The notes below the pieces were generated by a model that worked only from the letters and a program-made list of their open reading frames with translations, made no database searches and was not told the DNA's origin. Shown piece by piece: positions 37,697 to 49,985 of a stretch of DNA of 64,000 nucleotides. Source of the DNA: the human T2T-CHM13v2.0 reference genome, Homo sapiens; the NCBI RefSeq assembly GCF_009914755.1, contig NC_060932.1. One strand, given 5' to 3'. The translations under genes were made by a program, and so were the position numbers. Within the stretch, counting starts at the first letter, position 1. Each line of letters begins with the position of its first letter.

Positions 37697-38310
37697 GACT
37701 GCAGGTGGCAGGGGCTCCTTGGCCTCCAGCTCCCGTGACTTGGAGGGGACTGTGGGACTGAGGAGCGCAGAGCAGAGAGCACACTCTGTGCGGTGACTCC
37801 GAAGCTCCCCGGCTGTGGCGCTTCTGTGGATGTGGGAGCCCAGGCCAGGCAGGGAGCAGATGCAGGGACTCTGCCTCATTGAATTCTGGTGAGGGACGTT
37901 GTAGTTGGCGTGGTTCTCCGGAAACGCGCCAGGAAAAGCTTCCGTGCCAGAGATTCGTTGCCTCAGAAACTGCGTGACGCGCAGGAGTCAGACTTCCGCT
38001 GGGACGTCAATAGGAAACTGGGGAATTACTGTGTATTTGCTGTCTAGATGACTGAATAAGGGAAAAGTTAGGGAACCCTGAGAGGTGCAGCCCTTCCGCT
38101 GTGCCCCGCCCTGAGAGCAGTGTTTCGGACGCTGGGAAGCGTGCTGTGCGAAGCGCTCTCGGGGTCTTTCCTCAGCCTCGAAAACTGGGCTCTGGAATGC
38201 CTTTGTACATATGTGTGTTTAATGGGTTTTGAAGTGAATAAAATTCTCAAAAAGATGACGTATTGTCTTTTGACTCTCATTCCGTGTTTGTGTGTAACTG
38301 ATTTTCCAAG

Positions 38311-39343
38311 TGAAGGGGTGGCCTGCCCCTCCACACCTGTGGGTGTTTCTAGTCGGGTGGGATGAGAGACGGAGAAAAGAAATAAGACACAGAGACAAAG
38401 TATAGGGAGACAACAGTGGGTCCAGGGGACCGGCACTCAGCACACCTAGGACCTGCACCGGCACCGGCCTCTGAGTTCCCTCAGTTTTTATTGATTATGA
38501 TTTTCATTATTTCAGCACAAAGGAATGCAGTAGGGGAGCAGGGTGATAATAAGGGGAAGGTCAACAACAACAACAAAAAACAAACACGTGAGCAAAAGAA
38601 TCCATATCATTATTAAGTTCAAGGGAAGGTACTATGCCTGGACGTGCACGTAGGCCAGATTTATGTTTCTCTCCACACAAATATCTCAGCGGAGTAAAGA
38701 ATAACAAGGCAGCATTACTGCCAACATGTCTCGCCTCCCACCACAGGGCAGCTTTTCTCCGAGCTCAGAGTTGAACAAATGTACGATCGGGCTTTACACC
38801 GAGACATTCAGTTCCCAGGGGCAAGCAGGAGACAGTGGCCTTCCTCCATCTGAACTGCAAGAGGCGTTCCTCTTTGACTAATCCACCTCAGCACAGACCC
38901 ATTGCGGGTGTCAGGCTGGGGGACATTCAGGACTTTCCCATCCCACGAGGCCATATTTCAGACTGTCACATGGGGAGAAACCTTGGACAATACCCTGCTT
39001 TCAAGGGCAGAGGTCCCTGTGGCTTTCCACGGTGCATTGCGCCCCTGGTTTATTGAGACTAGAGAATGGCAATGACTTCTACCAAGTATACTGCTCGTAA
39101 ACATTTGGTTAACAAGGCGCGTCCTGCACAGCCCTAGATCCCTTAAACCTCGATTTTATACAACACAGGTTTTTGTGAGCTCCAAGTTGGGTCAAAGGAA
39201 GGGGCTGCGGGAAAGCTACAAATGATCAACATCTCAGTAAAGCAATTGTTTAAAGTACAGGTCTTTTTCAAAATGGAGTCTCTTATGTCTTCCCCTTCTA
39301 CATAGACACAGTGACAGTCTGATCTCTCTTTCTTTACCCTACA
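38311..39343 (-). mobile_element. HERV-K(HML-2) solo LTR, LTR5A-like
   Basis: Same termini and TCCAAG TSD; 1033 bp. Confidence 0.92.
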
Positions 39344-41095
39344 TCCAAGGGCTTGAACATTTCTTGACTTGTTGGCAATCCAAATCGTTACGTCTCCGAA
39401 ACAGAGTTGACTGAGGGGACCGCAGGGCTGGGCAGGACCTTTGACTTCCTATACATCCACAGGAGCAAGAAAACCTCAGCCCCACTCTACCAACACGCAC
39501 CTAGTAAAATTCCGCCAACCGAATCTCACGCACGCTAACACGTGGGGAGCGTTGCTTGCACCACGAGTCCCCATTTGGCTCAACCGCCGATGCCAAGTGT
39601 GTGGTTCCAGTTGCGACGGCCCCCCGTGAAGTGGCTTCTGGATGTGCGAAGGAACCAGGCAGAGTTTCACTGGCCAAATAGACCCCAGCAAAGCTGAAGT
39701 TAACTCCCACATTTGGGATGTACTTCAGAGGTAAAACATTCATCCCGTCTTCTTTCCGGATGTCTGACACCATGGTTCTCCCCCTGATCCTAAGAGTAGC
39801 TGAGGCAGAGACTCACTGAAAGATCTAGGCGGGGATATCCCATCATGCACAGGCTCTCTCCATTCTCTGACCTGGGAACAACTCTCAGCAGGATTCCACA
39901 TCTAGGAGGCCTCAGAACTCAGAGGGATTTTCTGAGACACACCAACTGGCTGCTCCCTTTCCGCCGCTGTTGAGGGTCGTTATCTTGATTATCCAGATCA
40001 ACTAGAAAGTATCCGTATCCAGAATGAATAAGATCAACTCTCTGCTCTTCTGACAGCAGAAGGAGCAGGACCATAAGGAACCAAAGAGCGTGGAAGGAAA
40101 CGATGTGACAGGAAAGCTCAGAGAACGGCCACAGGGGGTCGTCAGCAGGCCTTCCAACCTGAATCATGAATAATTAATGAAGCGCAAATCAAAGGGGACT
40201 CGAGTTTCAGCAGGAGCAATCCATCCAACGGGAGATCGCCGGAGGGCCAACAAGATTGAGAGACTGGGAGCCGGGTGCAGTGTCAAAGGGGACGCGACTG
40301 GTTCCAAAGCTCGAGAAGACCATGGGGTCACTTGGGCTACATGAGAAAACGCCCCAGTGTGCTGGTTCATCATTCCGACTCCTGCCTGTCTCTTCCCGTC
40401 CAAGGAACATGGACCCTAAGTCGTGCAGGTGCGGATGACCATGGGCAGAATTAGGGGCCGTGGCACAAAAGTTCACCGACACGGGAGTTCCACAGAAGGT
40501 GCGGTGGATCTTCGCAAATCCAGAGACATGGCAATGGGACCCAGGGAATTACAGCCTCACAGGCGTCCGGGAGACTTTTCAGGCATGATGCCTGGAGTCG
40601 CAAGACGAGCTGAAAAAGGAGCCAGGCACTGAAGGACAAAGCGTTGTTGACTTTCCTCATCTGTGTTTCCCAGTGCGGTCCAATTCACGGTGGTTTCCAA
40701 GCGCCTCCTGGGGGAGAAAACACATGAGGGTGCGGTCAGGGTTCTCTGCTGACAGACTTACCTTGGGGAAGAAAGAGAAGCTCTGAAGATGGATCATGGC
40801 CGTGACTGCATGTCAAGGAGAGTCTCCTTGATGACACTGAGGCCTACGTCGAGATAGACAAAATGTGGTCCAATTAAAAGGTGTCTATTTTACCACATTT
40901 TTAAAACAAAACAAAACAAAACAAAACAACAAAAAAGATGGAAAAGAAGACAGGGGTACAGGCACCAGTGTTACATGTCTGACGGGGAACATCTATTGTT
41001 CAAAGCTTGCAGCTGTACAAGTAGGTTTTAGAATGTCTGTCAGCAGTGGACATGATCTTAGAGTGGGCTGTGCAGACAGACCTTTCCAGGTCATG

Positions 41096-41185
41096 TAATT
41101 GGATTAAGTTAATTGCAATTAAGGTACAGGTAACTGATTAGGTTAGGGTACGTTCCATGTCAGGTGACCAGAGGCAGTATAAAAG
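41096..41185 (+). promoter_or_regulatory. Putative FAM90A promoter, copy 6
   Basis: DUX4 motif 41135-41145, TATAAAAG from 41178. Confidence 0.7.
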
Positions 41186-42337
41186 GCAGCCTGGAAAGCA
41201 GAGGTCCCTCTCCGCCCCTTCCTCCGTCGTCCTGGATGCTGCATCGTTTCCAGCGGGGCTGCTGCAGCACCTGCCCATCTCAGCGCCAGCCTGGGAAAGA
41301 AAGTAGACGTGTAATTTCAGGTTGGTTTCGCTGAACAATTGTTTGTTTCACGCAATCCCTGAGGGGTTTTTGCGGGGGGTGTGGGGGAGGAAGAGACAAA
41401 GGAGGCCGAAAGAAACCGATCACACTGGGGCTTGCTGGTGGGGTAGGATGTGTTCTCGTTACTAGTAATTCTTGGAACAGAAAACGAGAAAACATATCCG
41501 TCTCCACGTGTGGGAGAAGACCAAGATGGGAATGCGAAAAGAAATGTACTGCAGCATGCTGAATTGGTGGGTAAACGGAAAAAAGGACTTTGGAAAAAAG
41601 GGGGGTTTGCCCTTCAGCCGTGTAAGACGTCGATACGATACGGCACTTCTTCCCCGTTTGTTCAGATGAATTCGTGTGGTGTGCGTAAAATACCAGGAAA
41701 ATAAACAAAGAGGTGCTGGAGCTAAAGCCAAAAGATAGAACAGGAAAGACCATCACCTGCTAGTGCGGTAGAGAGGAAGGTAACTTCTCTGTATGAATTT
41801 GTGTTTGGAAGTTGCCTAATGAAATGGCAAGAGTAGCGATTCAAGTTGTCACAGGAAGCATCCCTTATCCGTGACTTCAAGCAGACCTGCCAAAGGGTGG
41901 CACACGCCATGCCCTGTGTCTTCGATCATTCTGTCCGTCAAGGGAGATAGAATCACCGTGTCTTCTACCGGAGTGAATCGTGAGAGACCGAAGTCCAGTC
42001 TCCAGAATCAGTTGTTTGTTTGGGGTTGAAAGCTCAACCCCCCATACCTAGGCCACGGGCCCTGTGGCAGGTGGGGTTTACTCTTGGACTAGGTAGTCAT
42101 GGCAGAGGAACACAAAATATCCGAGGATGCACACAGCACATTGTGTTCTACAGATTTGACCCTCTGGTGGTGAGGTCTCCTCATGACCACACAGGCAGGG
42201 AGTTAGCAGGTGGCTTCCTGTGGGTGTGTGAATATCCAACGTGCTTAACCATCGACATGTGTGTGTTTGTGTGTGTTTCAGGTGGCCCAACAGTCCACCC
42301 CTGAAAAAGGCGGTCATAAAACCCCCAGGAGACGAAG

Positions 42338-45300
42338 ATGATGGCACGTCGGGACCCCAAATCTTGGGCCAAGAGACTGGTGAGAGCCCAGACCCTCCAG
42401 AAGCAGCGGAGGGCCCCAGTTGGGCCAAGGGCTCCCCCGCCCGATGAAGAAGATCCCAGGGTAAGTCTAGCCCTGGATCTCTTGGGTATCGGGGTGGGGG
42501 TGGGGACGGGGGGAGGGGGTGTCCCACGGTCCTCAGAGACTGGGTTGGATTCCAAAGAGTTCTGTCACCACCAGCCAGGTTGCTTTTCCCATCCAAGGTG
42601 GGCGTGGCTTGGGACCTTCTCCCCGGCCCGATAGGTCCCTTGAGAGACTCTTGGGGGCAACCTCCCTTTCTACTTAGAGTCCTGTGTAGCCACGTTTGGC
42701 TGCGTTGTTGACATCGGCTTCACCATCGTGCCCCTTGGAACCTTGAGTCCTTCCTTTCAGAGTTCCTCCGTCCCATGGGCTTTGCGAGGGAACATCGTAT
42801 CCGAACTCTCCCGGCACTTAACGGCCCCCATGCCGGTGTCCCCTCTTTGGAATCCTTATTCAGCTCTGAATTCACAATCCGTCCCAATGTTGACGTGTGA
42901 TCGCTGCCTGTGGCTTCAGCTCACTCACTGACATCACTTCCTTTCCACCCACAGCTCAAGTGCAAAAACTGCGGGGCCTTTGGCCACACGGCCAGAAGTA
43001 CCAGGTGCCCCATGAAGTGCTGGAAGGCAGCCCTGGTTCCAGCGACCTTGGGGAAAAAGGAAGGGAAGGAAAACCTGAAACCATGGAAGCCCCGGGGTGA
43101 AGCCAACCCGGGGCCCTTGAACAAGGATAAGGGAGAGAAGGAAGAGAGACCAAGGTGAGCAGTGGGAGGGGTTTTCACCACTCTAGGGGTACTGCCTCCT
43201 AAGGACATGGTGTCTCTGCACCTGCACACCGTGTGCCTTTCCGTCTCCGGGCCAGGGAAGGAACGCTGCAGAGAAATAGGCCGGAGCTCCGTGTCCTCCG
43301 GGGTTCCACACCCAGGAGCTCCTTGGGCTCTGGGAGATTCAGGGACGGGGAGAGGCGGGGGCGCTTCGTGCAGGTTCCCCACGACAGCGGGAAAAGCGAT
43401 GGAATCCAAATCACAGTCCTTAGTTCGGAAGCCTAGAGGGCCACCTGGAGGATGGGAAGGTTGGCACGTGAGGGAAGGTGCAGAGGCGGAAAGGGCACCA
43501 GATGTCCATTTCTGTATCACAAAACACGGAATGGGGCTGGGCCCCAGACGTGGTTCTCCCTGTCTCCTGGGGAAAACCAGGGGGCACGGCCTGACCTTCT
43601 TCTGTTCTGCAGGCAACAAGACCCGCAGAGGAAGGCTCTCCTCCACATGTTTTCCGGGAAACCTCCAGAGAAGCCGCTGCCGAATGGAAAAGGATCCACG
43701 GAATCTTCTGATTATCTGAGGGCGAGTGTCACCCCGGGCCCCTGGTCTTTTTCTCCTCTAGGTCACCCTGGTTGATTTCCTTTCAGCTTCCCGTCTGCGG
43801 GAGGAAATCGGGGAACCCCTCTTTCTTGCCTTCTTGGGGTCAGGGACTCCACGATCCTTCCAGGTCAATTGGATTCCAGGCGAAGGCATCTGAACATGCC
43901 GTATTTCCTGTTGCTTTCTTTCTGTCCAATTATGGCAAGCCTGCCAACAACATGTTCCTAGCGGCATGAGGAAATTAGTCCCTCAGAGGCCCCAAACGTG
44001 GAGAAGGCGAAACCCAGGAACATGCATGTGTTCAGAGAAGACGTCCCGAGTACCCTTGAGCCAGCAACCTGCCTTGGGAAGGGCATTAGTCCGTTCCACT
44101 TCATGGAAGGCTGAGTGGAGGCGCTTTGATCCAGTTAATGCCCAAGACGCGATCTTTTGAACAATGGTGTGCTTAGATCAGCTACACATAGCTCGAGAGC
44201 GCATCTTTCATGTGTCTTGTCCTGATCAGCACTCAGGTGGAGGGTCTGTCCCTACTTCCAAGGACCGCCTGTCGATACTGTACTAAGAATTTCATGGCGT
44301 GTGCCCCTTGTCTTTGGATGTGCTTGATTTTCACGTTGGCTCCATGCTGAGGAACTTCTAACCTGTGTTGTTTCCTCTCTTTCAGGTTGCAAGCGGGCCA
44401 ATGCCGGTCCACACAACCAGTAAGAGGCCGCGCTTGGACCCTATCCTCGCTGATCGCTCAGCTACCGCAATGTCTGGCAGGGGCTCCGTCTTGGCTTCAC
44501 TGTCTCCCCTCAGAAAAGCCAGCCTGAGCTCCTCCTCAAGTCTTGGACCAAAGGAAAGACAGACAGGGGCTGCGGCCGACATGCCTCAGCCTGCAGTCAG
44601 GCACCAGGGCCGCGAGCCTCTCCTCGTGGTGAAGCCGACACACAGCCGCCCCGAGGGTGGCTGCCGAGAAGTTCCCCAGGCTGCCTCCAAAACCCACGGC
44701 CTGCTCCAGGCCGCCAGACGCCAGGCACAAGACAAACGTCCTGCGGTGACCTCGCAGCCCTGCCCGCCAGCCGCCACACACAGCTTGGGCCTAGGCTCCA
44801 ATCTCAGCTTCGGGCCAGGAGCCAAGAGACCTGCCCAGGCTCCGATTCAGGCTTGCCTGAACTTCCCCAAGAAACCGAGACTGGGTCCCTTCCAGATCCC
44901 CGAAAGCGCCATCCAGGGAGGTGAGCTGGGGGCCCCGGAGAATCTCCAACCTCCGCCAGCCGCAACCGAACTTGGACCAAGTACGTCGCCCCAGATGGGC
45001 AGGAGGACACCGGCCCAGGTGCCCAGCGTCGACCGGCAGCCTCCGCACAGCACACCTTGCCTGCCTACTGCCCAGGCCTGCACCATGTCCCATCACTCAG
45101 CGGCCAGCCATGATGGGGCCCAGCCTCTCAGAGTGCTCTTCCGGAGACTGGAAAACGGACGCTGGAGCTCCAGCCTCCTGGCGGCCCCCTCATTTCACTC
45201 TCCTGAGAAGCCGGGAGCCTTCCTCGCTCAGAGCCCTCATGTGTCAGAGAAGTCTGAGGCTCCCTGTGTTCGTGTCCCACCGAGCGTCCTCTATGAGGAC

Positions 45301-45348
45301 CTTCAGGTTTCCTCCTCCTCAGAGGACAGCGATTCTGACCTGGAGTGA
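42338..45348 (+). CDS. FAM90A: FAM90A family protein, copy 6, 464 aa; exons 42338-42460, 42955-43154, 43613-43721, 44386-45348
   Basis: Same exon structure; differs from copy 1 by P251L, P256R, L268Q. Confidence 0.95.
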
Positions 45349-45962
45349 GACTGCAGGTGGCAGGGGCTCCTTGGCCTCCAGCTCCCGTGACTTGGAGGGG
45401 ACTGTGGGACTGAGGAGCGCAGAGCAGAGAGCACACTCTGTGCGGTGACTCCGAAGCTCCCCGGCTGTGGCGCTTCTGTGGATGTGGGAGCCCAGGCCAG
45501 GCAGGGAGCAGATGCAGGGACTCTGCCTCATTGAATTCTGGTGAGGGACGTTGTAGTTGGCGTGGTTCTCCGGAAACGCGCCAGGAAAAGCTTCCGTGCC
45601 AGAGATTCGTTGCCTCAGAAACTGCGTGACGCGCAGGAGTCAGACTTCCGCTGGGACGTCAATAGGAAACTGGGGAATTACTGTGTATTTGCTGTCTAGA
45701 TGACTGAATAAGGGAAAAGTTAGGGAACCCTGAGAGGTGCAGCCCTTCCGCTGTGCCCCGCCCTGAGAGCAGTGTTTCGGACGCTGGGAAGCGTGCTGTG
45801 CGAAGCGCTCTCGGGGTCTTTCCTCAGCCTCGAAAACTGGGCTCTGGAATGCCTTTGTACATATGTGTGTTTAATGGGTTTTGAAGTGAATAAAATTCTC
45901 AAAAAGATGACGTATTGTCTTTTGACTCTCATTCCGTGTTTGTGTGTAACTGATTTTCCAAG

Positions 45963-46995
45963 TGAAGGGGTGGCCTGCCCCTCCACACCTGTGGGTGTTT
46001 CTAGTCGGGTGGGATGAGAGACGGAGAAAAGAAATAAGACACAGAGACAAAGTATAGGGAGACAACAGTGGGTCCAGGGGACCGGCACTCAGCACACCTA
46101 GGACCTGCACCGGCACCGGCCTCTGAGTTCCCTCAGTTTTTATTGATTATGATTTTCATTATTTCAGCACAAAGGAATGCAGTAGGGGAGCAGGGTGATA
46201 ATAAGGGGAAGGTCAACAACAACAACAAAAAACAAACACGTGAGCAAAAGAATCCATATCATTATTAAGTTCAAGGGAAGGTACTATGCCTGGACGTGCA
46301 CGTAGGCCAGATTTATGTTTCTCTCCACACAAATATCTCAGCGGAGTAAAGAATAACAAGGCAGCATTACTGCCAACATGTCTCGCCTCCCGCCACAGGG
46401 CAGCTTTTCTCCGAGCTCAGAGTTGAACAAATGTACGATCGGGCTTTACACCGAGACATTCAGTTCCCAGGGGCAAGCAGGAGACAGTGGCCTTCCTCCA
46501 TCTGAACTGCAAGAGGCGTTCCTCTTTGACTAATCCACCTCAGCACAGACCCATTGCGGGTGTCAGGCTGGGGGACATTCAGGACTTTCCCATCCCACGA
46601 GGCCATATTTCAGACTGTCACATGGGGAGAAACCTTGGACAATACCCTGCTTTCAAGGGCAGAGGTCCCTGTGGCTTTCCACGGTGCATTGCACCCCTGG
46701 TTTATTGAGACTAGAGAATGGCAATGACTTCTACCAAGTATACTGCTCGTAAACATTTGGTTAACAAGGCGCGTCCTGCACAGCCCTAGATCCCTTAAAC
46801 CTCGATTTTATACAACACAGGTTTTTGTGAGCTCCAAGTTGGGTCAAAGGAAGGGGCTGCGGGAAAGCTACAAATGATCAACATCTCAGTAAAGCAATTG
46901 TTTAAAGTACAGGTCTTTTTCAAAATGGAGTCTCTTATGTCTTCCCCTTCTACATAGACACAGTGACAGTCTGATCTCTCTTTCTTTACCCTACA
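45963..46995 (-). mobile_element. HERV-K(HML-2) solo LTR, LTR5A-like
   Basis: Same termini and TCCAAG TSD; 1033 bp. Confidence 0.92.
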
Positions 46996-48743
46996 TCCAA
47001 GGGCTTGAACATTTCTTGACTTGTTGGCAATCCAAATCGTTACGTCTCCGAAACAGAGTTGACTGAGGGGACCGCAGGGCTGGGCAGGACCTTTGACTTC
47101 CTATACATCCACAGGAGCAAGAAAACCTCAGCCCCACTCTACCAACACGCACCTAGTAAAATTCCGCCAACCGAATCTCACGCACGCTAACACGTGGGGA
47201 GCGTTGCTTGCACCACGAGTCCCCATTTGGCTCAACCGCCGATGCCAAGTGTGTGGTTCCAGTTGCGACGGCCCCCCGTGAAGTGGCTTCCGGATGTGCG
47301 AAGGAACCAGGCAGAGTTTCACTGGCCAAATAGACCCCAGCAAAGCTGAAGTTAACTCCCACATTTGGGATGTACTTCAGAGGTAAAACATTCATCCCGT
47401 CTTCTTTCCGGATGTCTGACACCATGGTTCTCCCCCTGATCCTAAGAGTAGCTGAGGCAGAGACTCACTGAAAGATCTAGGCGGGGATATCCCATCATGC
47501 ACAGGCTCTCTCCATTCTCTGACCTGGGAACAACTCTCAGCAGGATTCCACATCTAGGAGGCCTCGGAACTCAGCGGGATTTTCTGAGACACACCAACTG
47601 GCTGCTCCCTCTCCGCCGCTGTTGAGGGTCGTTATCTTGATTATCCAGATCACCTAGAAAGTATCCGTATCCAGAATGAATAAGATCAACTCTCTGCTCC
47701 TCTGACAGCAGAAGGAGCAGGACCGTAAGGAACCAAAGAGCGTGGAAGGAAACGATGTGACAGGAAAGCTCAGAGAACGGCCACAGGGGGTCGTCAGCAG
47801 GCCTTCCAACCTGAATCATGAATAATTAATGAAGCGCAAATCAAAGGGGACTCGAGTTTCAGCAGGAGCAATTCATCCAACGGGAGATCGCCGGAGGGCC
47901 AACAAGATTGAGTGACTGGGAGCCGGGTGCAGTGTCAAAGGGGACGCGACTGGTTCCAAAGCTCGAGAAGACCATGGGGTCACTTGGGCTACATGAGAAA
48001 ACGCCCCAGTGTGCTGGTTCATCATTCCGACTCCTGCCTGTCTCTTCCCGTCCAAGGAACATGGACCCTAAGTCGTGCAGGTGCGGATGACCATGGGCAG
48101 AATTAGGGGCCGTGGCACAAAAGTTCACCGACACGGGAGTTCCACAGAAGGTGCGGTGGATCTTCGCAAATCCAGAGACATGGCAATGGGACCCAGGGAA
48201 TTACAGCCTCACAGGCGTCCGGGAGACTTTTCAGGCATAATGCCTGGAGTCGCAAGAGGAGCTGAAAAAGGAGCCAGGCACTGAAGGACAAAGCGTTGTT
48301 GACTTTCCTCATCTGTGTTTCCCAGTGCGGTCCAATTCACGGTTGTTTCCAAGCGCCTCCTGGGGGAGAAAACACATGAGGGTGCGGTCAGGGTTCTCTG
48401 CTGACAGACTTACCTTGGGGAAGAAAGAGAAGCTCTGAAGATGGATCATGGCCGTGACTGCATGTCAAGGAGAGTCTCCTTGATGACACTGAGGCCTACG
48501 TCGAGATAGACAAAATGTGGTCCAATTAAAAGGTGTCTATTTTACCACATTTTTTAAAACAAAACAAAACAAAACAACAAAAAAGATGGAAAAGAAGACA
48601 GGGGTACAGGCACCAGTGTTACATGTCTGACGGGGAACATCTATTGTTCAAAGCTTGCAGCTGTACAAGTAGGTTTTAGAATGTCTGTCAGCAGTGGACA
48701 TGATCTTAGAGTGGGCTGTGCAGATAGACCTTTCCAGGTCATG

Positions 48744-48833
48744 TAATTGGATTAAGTTAATTGCAATTAAGGTACAGGTAACTGATTAGGTTAGGGTACG
48801 TTCCATGTCAGGTGACCAGAGGCAGTATAAAAG
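48744..48833 (+). promoter_or_regulatory. Putative FAM90A promoter, copy 7
   Basis: DUX4 motif 48783-48793, TATAAAAG from 48826. Confidence 0.7.
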
Positions 48834-49985
48834 GCAGCCTGGAAAGCGGAGGTCCCTCTCTGCCCCTTCCTCCGTCGTCCTGGATGCTGCATCGCTTCCA
48901 GCCGGGCTGCTGCAGCACCTGCCCATCTCAGCGCCAGCCTGGGAAAGAAAGTAGACGTGTAATTTCAGGTTGGTTTCGCTGAACAATTGTTTGTTTCACG
49001 CAATCCCTGAGGGGTTTTTGCGGGGGGTGTGGGGGAGGAAGAGACAAAGGAGGCCGAAAGAAACCGATCACACTGGGGCTTGCTGGTGGGGTAGGATGTG
49101 TTCTCGTTACTAGTAATTCTTGGAACAGAAAACGAGAAAACATATCCGTCTCCACGTGTGGGAGAAGACCAAGATGGGAATGGGAAAAGAAATGTACTGC
49201 AGCATGCTGAATTGGTGGGTAAATGGAAACAGGACTTTGGAAAAAAGGGGGGTTTGCCCTTCAGCCGTGTAAGACGTCGATACGATACGGCACTTCTTCC
49301 CCGTTTGTTCAGATGAATTCGTGTGGTGTGCGTAAAATACCAGGAAAATAAATAAAGAGGGGCTGGAGCTAAAGCCAAAAGATAGAACAGGAAAGATCCT
49401 CACCTGCTAGTGCGGTAGAGAGGAAGGTAACTTCTCTGTATGAATTTGTGCTTGGAAGTTGCCTAATGAAATGGCAAGAGTAGCGATTCAAGTTGTCACA
49501 GGAAGCATCCCTTATCCGTGACTTCAAGCAGACCTGCCAAAGGGTGGCACACGCCACGCCCTGTGTCTTCGATCATTCTGTCCGTCAAGGGAGATAGAAT
49601 CACCGTGTCTTCTACCGGAGTGAATCGTGAGAGACCTAAGTCCAGTCTCCAGAATCAGTTGTTTGTTTGGGGTTGAAAGCTCAACCCCCCCATACCTAGG
49701 CCACGGGCCCTGTGGCAGGTGGGGTTTACTCTTGGACTAGGTAGTCATGGCAGAGGAACACACAATATCCGAGGATGCGCACAGCACATTGTGTTCTACA
49801 GATTTGACCGACTGGTGGTGAGGTCTCCTCATGACCACACAGGCAGGGAGTTAGCAGGTGGCTTCCTGTGGGTGTGTGAATATCCAACGTGCTTAACCAT
49901 CGACATGTGTGTGTTTGTGTGTGTTTCAGGTGGCCCAACAGTCCACCCCTGAAAAAGGCGGTCATAAAACCCCCAGGAGACGAAG

